Of a stretch of 64,000 nucleotides of DNA, positions 39,613 to 49,429 are shown in pieces; position 1 is the stretch's first letter, and every line of letters begins with the position of its first letter. A model generated the notes under the pieces. The model searched no databases, had not been told where the DNA came from, and saw nothing but the letters and a program-made list of their open reading frames with translations. This DNA is from Lobosporangium transversale (Eukaryota): the NCBI RefSeq assembly GCF_002105155.1, contig NW_019029018.1:248001-312000 (forward strand), in the 5' to 3' direction. Both the position numbers and the translations under genes were made by a program.

Positions 39613-42600
39613 CTAGCCTAGAGTGCTCATGGACATGTTGTTGGAGGTGGCACTCGACAAACGGTAGTGCTTCTCGAAGACTTTCGGGGACGACCAATTC
39701 CCCTGCACCATGATATCAGCCACTGGTACGCCTGCTATAGCCGCGAGCGTAGAACCTAAGGCTCGGAGCTTAGGAGCTTTCTTGTCTCCTAAATCCATCA
39801 GCGAAGAAATCCTACTCATGTGGGAGCCAATAGTAGTCGCACGCGCCGGCTGGGTGTGGTCTTTCACAAATCTAATCAAAGGTACAATGCTTCTTGTTGG
39901 GTCCTTCGGATGAGGAGAGGTAGTGGAAGGACAAGACAGCCTGTCCAGGTAAGCGGTGTATGCGTCGACAGGGCATAGCTTCTTGTCAAAGTGAGAACCA
40001 ATGGTCACATGCTTAATGATACGTTGCCCATCACTCTTCTCTTTTGGGAAAACAACAACAAGCTGAAGCTTCCCTAACACAATCTTGGAGAGACTGACAT
40101 CTACACATCTGATGTCGTCTGGTCTCATGAAGCCACAGACGCCTAAGAGCCAACACAGCTTCCATGTAAGCTCCTCAAAAGGCAACTCCATATTTGCTGA
40201 TGACTGCCGAAAATGGTCCAAAACAGGTGTGATGTCAAAGTGACCAGACCTGGACTCAACGACACCTTCTTGCTTTCCAGCCTTGAGGAACTGGCGGTAG
40301 TATTCATCTGATCGTACTCTCTCTGGGTCACGAAATAGGGCGAGGACAGCCGACTTCATGGTCATCAGCGTGGACCACTTCAAATTGCGAGCGACCCGCA
40401 CGTAGTGTAGCCAGTTCACTACTGGGATCGCGGGGTTAATCCCTTGTTCGAACGAGCCCTCTTTCAGCCAAGTGACGAATTCAGCTTGATGCTTTTCGTA
40501 CTCTCGCTTGGTGCTCTTGGATCCTTTGTGAGCACAGATAAACTCAGTCACCGCTGGCGAGAGGCCATCTATGAGCATCCTCGTCCTCTTACTCTCCACG
40601 CGGTAAGGCCCCAGTGTGGATTCTTGAGCAGGATGTGCGCGTCGCTTCCTGGTGGAGGGAGAACACATGTTCGTGGAATCGGTAAAGGGGGTTGGGTCGC
40701 CATTGCCTGTATCTTCGGGAACCAAATCGCCGATGGCCAAAATGGAGTAATTATGGTCGCTTCCAGGCCTTCCTGGTCTAGCTTCTGCAGGATCCTTGGA
40801 AGTAAGTTCCATGGAGGACAGATGTAAAGGTTGCCCAAGTGGCTCCACTTGTGTCTCAGCGCATCGAAGTCCACTGCCAAAGGATGAGGTTTCCATGTCA
40901 TGAACTGAGGAAGCTGGTTGTTGCTGGGCGATGCAAAGAGGTCTATCCGATGAGGCCCCCACTGCTGGTCTAGACGACGGAAAAATGACGGGTCCAGCCT
41001 CCATTCGAGCTGCGCTTGCATCCGGCGTGATGGTGCATCTGCTGGATTGAATACTGAAGGTACATATGTGGTCCTGAGTCTTGTGCCTGTTGCTAGACAA
41101 TGCTTCCATATTTTGTCCGCCAGGTCCATCAGAGGTTGTGAACGAGTTCCGCCGAACCGGTTGATGTAAGCGATGGTGGTTGTGTTGTCGATTACTAGGT
41201 TGAGCATCCTCCCTTGTGTTTGCGGTAGAGTGACTGCGTAGTACACGGTTAGTAACTCTTTTAAATTGATGTGTTGGTGGCGTATGTTTGGTGGCCATAG
41301 CCCTGTCCAAGTGCGCTGCCCTATGACGATCCCCCAGCCTTGGTCGGAGGCGTCTGTGTACACGTCCATCTGAGTTGGCGACTGAATCCATGACGTCCCG
41401 TTCCACTCCTTGAGTTGGTGTGTCCACCAATCCAGATCGGCTCGAGCTCTGTCGTCCAGTGAGATCGTCGCTTCCCAAGATGACCCCTGATGGCTGAGCG
41501 CTCTGTTCTTCAATGCCAGAAGATGCCGCGTCATTAGACGAGCTGGAAATACTGCTGCTGTCGTCGCCATGGCTTTCCCTATGAACGTAGCCAAGTTGCG
41601 AACCGTCGTCCATCCCTTGCTGAGCATCTTCGCTGCTTCTCGCCGTATGTCCCTGACCTTGGACTTCGGTACCGAGAGGGTCATGTCGGTGGTGTTGATG
41701 GTGAAACCCAGATGATCTAGACATTTCGTTGGCATCAGAGAGGATTTCTCCTTGTTGATGAGGAATCCAAGAGACTTGAGTTTGTCCAGGACAAGATTCG
41801 TGTGCTCTTCTGCTTGGGCTTTGGAGTTGGCCATGATCAACAGATCGTCGATGTAAGCTGTCAGCCGTATTCCTCGACGCCTCGCCCATCTCAACACCGG
41901 GCGTAGGACCTTCGTGAAGACTAACGGCGACAGTGACATCCCGAAAGGTAGAGTGCGAAACTGATACAGCTGACCCTTCCACTGAAACTGAAGGTAAGGA
42001 CGAAAATGTGGATGAATCAGCACATGAAGGAAAGCATCTTTGAGATCGATGCTCGTCAAATAATCGTTCTTCTGAAGGGTATTGCATACTACCTGAATCG
42101 TCTCCATCTTGAACGAGTCTGTGATGATAAATTGATTGAGAGGACGTAGGTTGAGGACAGGCCGGAGGTCCCCTGTCTTCTTGGGGATAGTAAACAAACG
42201 ACTCTGGAAACCAGGTCCCGAAGCGTGCTCTATGGCTTTTTTGGCCAGAAGTGCGATCACTTCGTTCTCTATCGCCAGTGTCTCCTCCTTGGATAGATGC
42301 GGGGAAAGGGCTCTTGATGTGTGTGTTATTGGAGGTTGTCTGTGGAAGGGAATCTGAAAACCGTTTCCAATCACGGAGCGGACCCACCTGTCGTCCGTGA
42401 GGAGCCTCCAAGCCCTCGAGTAGAGGTGCAGACGGCCCCCTACTGGCTCTTGTTGGCGCTGCCGCGTCCCCGTCCACGGCTGCCTCTGTAAAAATACTGT
42501 CCCTGCTGGTTGTTATGCATGGGCTCTCCATACCCGTAAGTGAGCTGAGGAGGTGTGGCTTGTTGTGCTTGATGATGATTCGCTGGTGAATAAGGTTGCG

Positions 42601-43338
42601 ATTGTGATGGAAATTGCTGGAACTGTTGCTGCTGGTGGGGGTACATGTTAAAGTAAATACCCCTGCTGCGAGAACCGGAATTGCGACCGGATCCTCTGTT
42701 TTGCAAAGCTGTCTTGCGAGGCTTGCTGGCCTCCTGGTACTCCTCAGCAGCTTTAATTCGGGCTGCAATATCATCTTTAGTGATAGTTGCAGTCTTTTCA
42801 TGATCAGGGGCTGGCTTGAGACCCTTTGCGTACACAAAATTATCCATGCGCAGATCGGTGATTTGGCGTGCTGTAACGGCCAGATGAGATCGCATGACAT
42901 GCCCAAAATCTGCGACGATCTGCCGTAATGCAGGATCGTGCACTTTGTGAAAGTATTCTGCCAGGAATTCGTCCAAGGGTCGCGTAGCGTGGGCCTGACG
43001 TTCCTGTAGTTGGGATAACCACTTGTCCACTCGTTGAAAAGAAGTGGTCTCCTGAGGCCAAGGCAACTCAAGAGAGGGCGCTTTGTACTGCTGATCTGGG
43101 TTCTTGGGATAGAGGACGTACTCGGTGAGGATGTTATCGTCGCCAGAGTTGTCCGGGGGACGGAAGAAATGAGAGCCGTCAAGGGAAGGTACAGCCGCTT
43201 TGAGGGTATCAGAGAGGACAAGTATCTTGGCCTGTGGGCGATCAATGGTGATGGGGGAAGGGGAAGAGGAGGAAGGGTTGGCCTGCGTAAGGGCAGCCAC
43301 CTGCTGACGAAGAGTGTTGATTTCATGAAGGAGTGCAT
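39613..43338 (-). CDS. DIRS-A tyrosine recombinase ORF (YR domain in the last ~320 aa; real start unknown)
   Basis: GFMRPDDI, KEK, LRALGSTLA and GNWSS...FEKHY motifs. Confidence 0.9.
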   Translation of the reverse strand: MHSFMKSTLFVSRWLPLRRPTLPPLPLPPSPLIAHRPRYLSSLIPSKRLYLPLTALISSVPRTTLATITSSPSTSSIPRTQISSTKRPLLSCLGLRRPLLFNEWTSGYPNYRNVRPTLRDPWTNSWQNTFTKCTILHYGRSSQILGMSCDLIWPLQHAKSPICAWIILCTQRVSSQPLIMKRLQLSLKMILQPELKLLRSTRRPASLARQLCKTEDPVAIPVLAAGVFTLTCTPTSSNSSSNFHHNRNLIHQRIIIKHNKPHLLSSLTGMESPCITTSRDSIFTEAAVDGDAAAPTRASRGPSAPLLEGLEAPHGRQVGPLRDWKRFSDSLPQTTSNNTHIKSPFPASIQGGDTGDRERSDRTSGQKSHRARFGTWFPESFVYYPQEDRGPPACPQPTSSQSIYHHRLVQDGDDSGSMQYPSEERLFDEHRSQRCFPSCADSSTFSSLPSVSVEGSAVSVSHSTFRDVTVAVSLHEGPTPGVEMGEASRNTADSLHRRSVDHGQLQSPSRRAHESCPGQTQVSWIPHQQGEILSDANEMSRSSGFHHQHHRHDPLGTEVQGQGHTARSSEDAQQGMDDGSQLGYVHRESHGDDSSSISSSSNDAASSGIEEQSAQPSGVILGSDDLTGRQSSSRSGLVDTPTQGVERDVMDSVANSDGRVHRRLRPRLGDRHRAAHLDRAMATKHTPPTHQFKRVTNRVLRSHSTANTREDAQPSNRQHNHHRLHQPVRRNSFTTSDGPGGQNMEALSSNRHKTQDHICTFSIQSSRCTITPDASAARMEAGPVIFPSSRPAVGASSDRPLCIAQQQPASSVHDMETSSFGSGLRCAETQVEPLGQPLHLSSMELTSKDPAEARPGRPGSDHNYSILAIGDLVPEDTGNGDPTPFTDSTNMCSPSTRKRRAHPAQESTLGPYRVESKRTRMLIDGLSPAVTEFICAHKGSKSTKREYEKHQAEFVTWLKEGSFEQGINPAIPVVNWLHYVRVARNLKWSTLMTMKSAVLALFRDPERVRSDEYYRQFLKAGKQEGVVESRSGHFDITPVLDHFRQSSANMELPFEELTWKLCWLLGVCGFMRPDDIRCVDVSLSKIVLGKLQLVVVFPKEKSDGQRIIKHVTIGSHFDKKLCPVDAYTAYLDRLSCPSTTSPHPKDPTRSIVPLIRFVKDHTQPARATTIGSHMSRISSLMDLGDKKAPKLRALGSTLAAIAGVPVADIMVQGNWSSPKVFEKHYRLSSATSNNMSMSTLG
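40569..42441 (-). CDS. DIRS-A pol: reverse transcriptase + RNase H + methyltransferase-like domain
   Basis: Frame extends upstream of the listed ORF to VGGRLHLY...; IDLKDAF, LPFG, YIDD (RT); YTDAS, KEL, IDN, NPAD (RNase H); IDLFAS and YICPPW (methyltransferase-like). Confidence 0.95.
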
Positions 43339-43369
43339 TATGAGTGTTGTCGGTAGAATTGTCGCTCAT
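42440..43369 (-). CDS. DIRS-A gag-like ORF1, 309 aa
   Basis: First ATG after the 5' ITR (MSDNSTD...); coiled-coil segments and basic RG-rich C-terminus; position upstream of pol. Confidence 0.85.
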   Translation of the reverse strand: MSDNSTDNTHNALLHEINTLRQQVAALTQANPSSSSPSPITIDRPQAKILVLSDTLKAAVPSLDGSHFFRPPDNSGDDNILTEYVLYPKNPDQQYKAPSLELPWPQETTSFQRVDKWLSQLQERQAHATRPLDEFLAEYFHKVHDPALRQIVADFGHVMRSHLAVTARQITDLRMDNFVYAKGLKPAPDHEKTATITKDDIAARIKAAEEYQEASKPRKTALQNRGSGRNSGSRSRGIYFNMYPHQQQQFQQFPSQSQPYSPANHHQAQQATPPQLTYGYGEPMHNNQQGQYFYRGSRGRGRGSANKSQ

Positions 43370-43693
43370 TGGAACGAATAGATAATAGTCTGCAACGGAT
43401 GAGTTCCAGGAGCGACGAGAAGAAAGATGTAGATCAGAGTTGCAGGGCAGAGGGATCTTTTTATTTAGTTTATTTTTCTTTATTTCTCGTCGGATTTTCA
43501 ATGAAGAAAGGTGACACACATACGGACATGGTACCGTAGACAATGGTGAAAATTTCTTGGAGCAAACTTTATTTTGATTGCCTAGAACGCGCCGCAGCTA
43601 TAGGTACTCCGGCGTAAATACAGTAGAGCTTCTAACATAAAAAACTCCAGTCTGTAATGGGCTCGTTACTTTATTCCTATCCCTGTTCCTCAT

Positions 43694-43783
43694 TTACTTA
43701 GCTTTCCTTGCAATCATCTTGCCAGCCCTTGACAAAAATAGAACAAACAAGGTGATGATAAGGAGAACCTGGGAGATCTTCAT
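43694..43783 (-). pseudogene. Internally deleted pseudogene of the 8-Cys family
   Basis: Signal peptide MKISQVLLIITLFVLFLS is fused out of frame to GWQDDCKES*, which resembles the family C-terminus (GQDHCKS, GHCKEHA). Confidence 0.75.
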
Positions 43784-45246
43784 ATTTTGTAGCGGATAAG
43801 AGAAATTGAAAGTGGAGTAGGCTTTGGGGTGAGTGAGAGGATGATCACAGAGGAACTGCATTCGCTGGATAATTTTAAGCCGGAACACAGTAAAAAAAAA
43901 CGTCCCTCAAAGAAGGACACACAAAGAGGCGATTGCAATTCGTCAAAAAAAGAAATCCTAAGTTGGGCCATGGATTACTGGAACCGAGTAGTTTAGGCTG
44001 ACGAATCATCATTTGGAGCTGGCGAGCATTTCCATCAAATAAGAGCTTCCACTATTCCTATGATGCCGCCTTCATAAGCCCAATAAATTATTGAAATGAT
44101 CTCTTAAAAAAGCTTGTAAATTTTCATGTGCATTGATGGGTTCTTATGAATGTTGCATTTGAGCGCGTTGTTCAAAACAACCATTTGAAAGAATATTATC
44201 TCAGTTGGTTATATGCATGTACCGCTGTGCTTCTCACAAGACTTAGGTTGTGCTGGCACTCGCCAATCTACTATCGATTCCTTTTTGCCAACAGAGATCT
44301 GAGCTGGTCTCTCTCTTTTTTTTTTTTTTTTTTTTTTTTTATTAAATACAAATTGAGTCTAACCAATAGGGAAAGACAAAGACGTGACGCGATTGGACAT
44401 GTGGAAGGAGGACCATAGACATACAGTAAAAAAGTATTGAGGATAAAGTTTTTTTTTTGTTTGGATGCTGCGAAGCATTGTGATAATAAGTCAGGTGGCA
44501 GAAGCAAGTTTTTATGTTGAAACCAATGCTACCGTAGACATTACTCATGAAGAGAAAATCGTGCTCAAAAGGTTTCTCAAGACTTTCCTCAAGGCATCCC
44601 TCAAGGCCCTGCACCCATGCAATGTACGATAGAATGCACTAATACTCACCAGATTAAAAGGTTCTGTTCAGTATTTATCGGGTTAATACCATAAAAATTG
44701 ACAAACTTGAGCAACTCTAGGGAATTGAATTGATATGAATCTCAGATCATACACCAATATAATAGTCTATGCACCAGTTGAGGACTCATTCATAAGGCGA
44801 AGTCTAGTTGATCATCATTAGTGCATACACATAGCAGTAGACTGCTCAAGTCATTGAGAACATTCTTTCGGCAATAAAGAAATGTAGTTATCCAAACAAA
44901 GTAGTTTTTACTGCTTTTGAAGAGCGACACTTAATAAGAGCTATGGTTTCGCTATGAATATTGGTAGGAAGATGGAATTGAACGCCCTGTGGCACAGCAG
45001 TTTAATTTGAATAAAGTAATGAAGGACGCAGGCGATGCCAATGTTTGGGGGTTTATCCATGGAAAAAAAAAAAAAAGAAAAAAAAAAGATGATTTAGCTG
45101 AGGTTGAGTTTGTCGCGTTTTAAATTCAATGGTTTTTTTTTTTTTTTTTTTTTTTTACTATTTATTTTGGAGTTACCAACATCTAGATTCTTTTTTACCT
45201 TTTCGTATAGAAAAAAAGGAAATGAAGTGCTCGCACCCAGTCTTAT

Positions 45247-45507
45247 CTACCAGTGCGGGGTCTTGCATCGATCCCATCCGCCCGGCTTATGCTCGCAGCC
45301 ATACTTACAAGCTCCAAATACCGTACCCTCGCTACCATAGATGCCATTGCATTCGTAGAGGACGTAGGCCGCGCACCCACTGAGCGAAGGAGCTCGACCG
45401 CAGTACACTCCACGCCTGCTAGTATTACAGACGCAGGTGGCATCGCTGGAAGACATGAAAAAGAGAGTAACCAATGTAATGGTAAGGAGAACCTGGGAGA
45501 CCTTCAT
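45247..45507 (-). CDS. Small secreted 8-Cys protein, copy 5, 86 aa
   Basis: MKVSQVLLTITLVTLFFMSSSDA + TCVCNTSRRGVYCG...DRCKTPHW. Confidence 0.9.
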   Translation of the reverse strand: MKVSQVLLTITLVTLFFMSSSDATCVCNTSRRGVYCGRAPSLSGCAAYVLYECNGIYGSEGTVFGACKYGCEHKPGGWDRCKTPHW

Positions 45508-46239
45508 TTTTTATTTGTAAAAGATGAAAGAAGTAGAAAGTGGTACAGGCGTTTGTAGAACTTGTGGATGAGTTGAGAGCACGGATCGATAGTTTGCTTT
45601 CCAGCCTTCTTAAAGGGGAGGGAATGAAGAGAAAAGCTATGAAACCATATTAGTGAAAGAGCGGATCATCGTTATACTTCTTTGTATTTCTGTATTAGTG
45701 AGTAAAAAGTAAGCCAAACAACGATACATCCGAATCGACATCATGTTCGCTAATTTACGAACATATTAAGAAATGCGGGGGTACTACTGAGGCTGGCACT
45801 GCATAAGGATTGTGCTGACATCCCACTAACCTACTGTCGATTTCCTGTTGGTAACAGAGCTCTGGGCTGGCACTCTTTTGGATAGACTCAACCACAGTTT
45901 TTTTTACTAATCCAGTGGAGAATAGCTTAGATCCGACCTCGTGAGATTTGTAAAAATAATAAAATACAAGAGGGGGTGCGAGTGGATCGTGCTTAATGGA
46001 AGGAGAACATATTTAAGGGCATTATGGAATAATGGTTAACTTGCACCATTTTGATATTAGCATTTGGAATGTCCATTCGATAATAGAGGAAACGTGGGCT
46101 GGGCCTACAGCACCAACAAAACAAAGAAATATATACTACACATGCACAATGAAACATTCCAACACAGGTATTATATAATACCATATCTTGCGCCATCCCC
46201 ACATCTATACGTCTGCATTCTTGCACATTTCTCAAAACT

Positions 46240-46595
46240 CGAGTGACCCGGCGGTTTTACCGGCTAATTTTTACCATGGCATCCAAAAAATAGCTGGCCA
46301 AGCCGAATAATATGACGACTTAAACTTATTATCCAAGAGCCAGGACCATATATGCCCCGCCCTTTTCACCTTCCCTTTGGGTTTTTGTTTTCTGTTCTGG
46401 CTCGTTACCGCGAAGATGCAGACTCACTAGGTAGTCGAGCAGCTTTTATTTAGCTTTTTTTATTTAGGGTTATGGTCCTGGCTCGATGGATAATTTTAAC
46501 CGTCGGTTGTTCCCTGATATACTGTAGCCAAAATTAACCGATTAACTAAGGCTGGTGAAGACCAGTTAAAACTGGTACCCCGTGAGGATTCGAGA
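46240..46595. mobile_element. Degenerate foldback/MITE-like element
   Basis: Perfect 14-bp inverted repeat gagccaggaccata (46337) / tatggtcctggctc (46471), with weaker symmetry extending outward. Confidence 0.5.
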
Positions 46596-47059
46596 GATTC
46601 TCAAAATCACTGACCCGAGTAGACTTTTTCTTTTTTCCTTTAGTGTCATCCTCCAACAACGCAACTTCCTTCACAATATAATTAGTATTTCCTTAGGCAT
46701 GAAATGCCTGAATAGGGTTCAAGAATGCAATACCAAGGAACAGTCCCCTGTCAAATACAAGTCATTTTTTCATCATTTATATTCCTCTTAATTTATAGTT
46801 AAACAATAAATACTTTTATATATGATTTGCTTCAATCATCAGGGATGCACCGCGAAGAGAGCAAATCTGATAAAGAGGAAAGAATGGGTTTTTTATTTAC
46901 ATAAAAGAACATGTTGGTTATATTTTTTTTAAAAAACTATAAGTCGTGGGCCGATAATTCAGTAACACGAATTTGGCACACTGTGATCAATCACCAGTGA
47001 AAAAAAAAATAGGCAGTCGTGCATCGGTGAAAAAAAAAACCCCCCCCGGTTAAAAACGC

Positions 47060-47613
47060 TGGTCGGAAGGAAGCTGCTCGATTTCTACATCGTCTATCCT
47101 CAAGCAATTGAATCCCTTGCAGGCTTGAAAAAGAGGATCAGCTCCAGCGTGACTTATGTATGTCCGAGTAAGTGTCAGGAGCTCAAGGCGCGTGCATGTT
47201 TCTGGTGCCCTCTAAACCTCTCTTTTGTTGCCCCATACTCCATCTGGAATTGGAGCCGAGAATTGAGCTCGATGAGTGTGAGACAGTGGGCACTGATGAG
47301 CTTTAAGAGCTCGAAGTGGACCTAGATCCAGCTGTATCCGCAGCGAGTTTGATTTGTTTGAGACATTCATAGCCTCGTAACTCTTGGTACTTCTTTGGGG
47401 ATTCACCGAGGAAATGGAGCTCTTTGATGAGCTCCTTGTGCCTCTCTAGGGCTCCACTAGGTTACGTTGAATGTATATCCCTTGCCAACTGAATCCGACA
47501 AGAGTTTTGTGAAAAGCCTTGCAGCGCGTGGTTTCGCTTCTCTCTAAGGAGTCCACCAATAGGAGCAGGGATTTCTGGGCCCTTCAAGGGGCTCTCAACT
47601 TGAAGATTTCCAT
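47060..47613 (-). pseudogene. Degraded F-box/LRR-like gene
   Basis: Fragments SPLKGPEI... and ALERHKELIKELHF...YECLKQIKL recall F-box-like N-termini; several stops and frameshifts. Confidence 0.4.
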
Positions 47614-49429
47614 TGTGCAAAGAGAGGGGAACTACAGGTAGGGGCTAGTGAAGGAAATGAAAGCTGAAAGCTCAGTGTATGAGTGGTAAGGGAAGAGAAA
47701 AGGGGAAAAGAAAAAGAGAAGAAAGGAAAAGAAAAAAGACATGTATCAGTGAGGAAGGAGTGGAAGAGAGAGAGAAAAAAAATAGTCGTATATTCGTGAG
47801 AAAGTCAAAAAGTTTGGATTTTGAGCGATGAGGAAGAAAAGAAGAGAAGAGAAAAAAAAGAAAAAAGATAAAAGTGGGGTTTATATGAGTGAATCAAAGT
47901 GATGTTTTTCTTTCTTTTATCTTGATGAGGCAATGGAGGTAAAGGTAAAAGGGATGGAGGTGTGCAGTTCAGTACATGAACGGTATAGAGTAAGTTTAAC
48001 TAAAAATCATGAGGGCGTGAGTGATGTCAAGGTGTGGAGCAATGTTTCCTGTGCTCTTGATAAAATGAATAACAACAGTAATAAAAAAGAGGACGCCTAT
48101 CTTCGAATGCTGGGTGCTGTAGGGGATGATGACAGGTGTTCAGCAATTGGGATTGCAATTACAGCATGTTTCCGAGCATATTTCCTTAACTTTCCTTCTC
48201 TTGGAAAACATACTTAGTTGGTGTAACAAAGTGAGCAATGTGGTGTGAAATCACAAAGAGTTTAATGTTGACATATCACATAATCATGTTCTCAACAGCT
48301 TTTAGGTCATTAATATAAAAAGCCCATTATGGCACTCTCAACCAACCTACTCTCCTTACTCTTTTCTCTTTCTTTCTCAGGATCAAGTATGAAAGGCTTT
48401 CTTCTGCTTCATCAAAACACTAACAAACTAAGTCTTGAAAGTAAGTATATACTGCTTTTGAATATGCAAAGATACCTTGAGGGGATGGTCTACTTAACGT
48501 TTCCTGCAATTTGTGTTGATGGGAGGAATATTAAAAAACAACAATGAAAGACGATAGATTCGTATAAAGACGGATGGTGCACCTCAATCATTGCCCATTT
48601 GTACAATACTTTTATACAAATAGGTGTTCTAACAACATTCCTAACATGTGGATATTCAGTATCTCTGTGCCAAAAGAACGCTTTAACCATTTAATATTTA
48701 AAAATATTTGAAAAATTAGGAGCTGGCTGCCTTGACATTATAAACAAACAACAGCTTAATAAAAAAAAAATCTTATGGGTGCGCTCTAGTTGGATATCTC
48801 GGACTTCATTTACCAAAAATACCCAAAAAGAAAATAAAAAGGTCCCGTCTACGATGCGCTGGAGATTTAAATTGTGAACCTGTTCTCTTTGTTTTACTAT
48901 CCTAAAATTCCTCAGCATACCCTAAATCTTCGACCTCTTGCTTCCACTTCCTTTTGACCCTTTGCTTTCGTTACTTTCATTTATTATATCTATATATATT
49001 TTTTATATTTCACAGCCGCTACACGTTCATCCTCATTAATATTATTATTTTCTTTTCTAGCTTCCTGAAGAAAATGACTCTGCCCAAGGTTGCAAGAGAG
49101 TAACCAGGGCCGAGCGCGAGCCTAGAATGGAAAGAATGAGACACTGTTTGTCCTCTATTAAAGCTGAAGTCCTCTTTTTTCTCTCGTCTTCTTTCATTCA
49201 CTGCAATATCTTTTGTCTTCGATCCTCTCAACGCTAAACATTGATTGCAACACGAAATGCATCTGTAGTCTGCGCAGCAGTGATAAAAAACGCACACGGA
49301 TCTGCCCTCAAATACAAGCTAATTTTATTTATCCAAGGTTTTACAGGCAATGCAATGATCCCGTAAAATTTTGACAAACTCGTTATTTTTTTATTCTGGG
49401 GTGTGAAACTCAAAAAACAGTTGCGGGAT

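Larger units (their letters stand above)
39238..43547 (-). mobile_element. Full-length DIRS1-type tyrosine-recombinase retrotransposon (DIRS-A)
   Basis: ITRs of ~108 bp (39297-39404 and 43416-43524), unique terminal extensions, ICR 39431-39522 complementary to both termini, ATGGT at both ends, and three intact overlapping ORFs. Confidence 0.97.
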
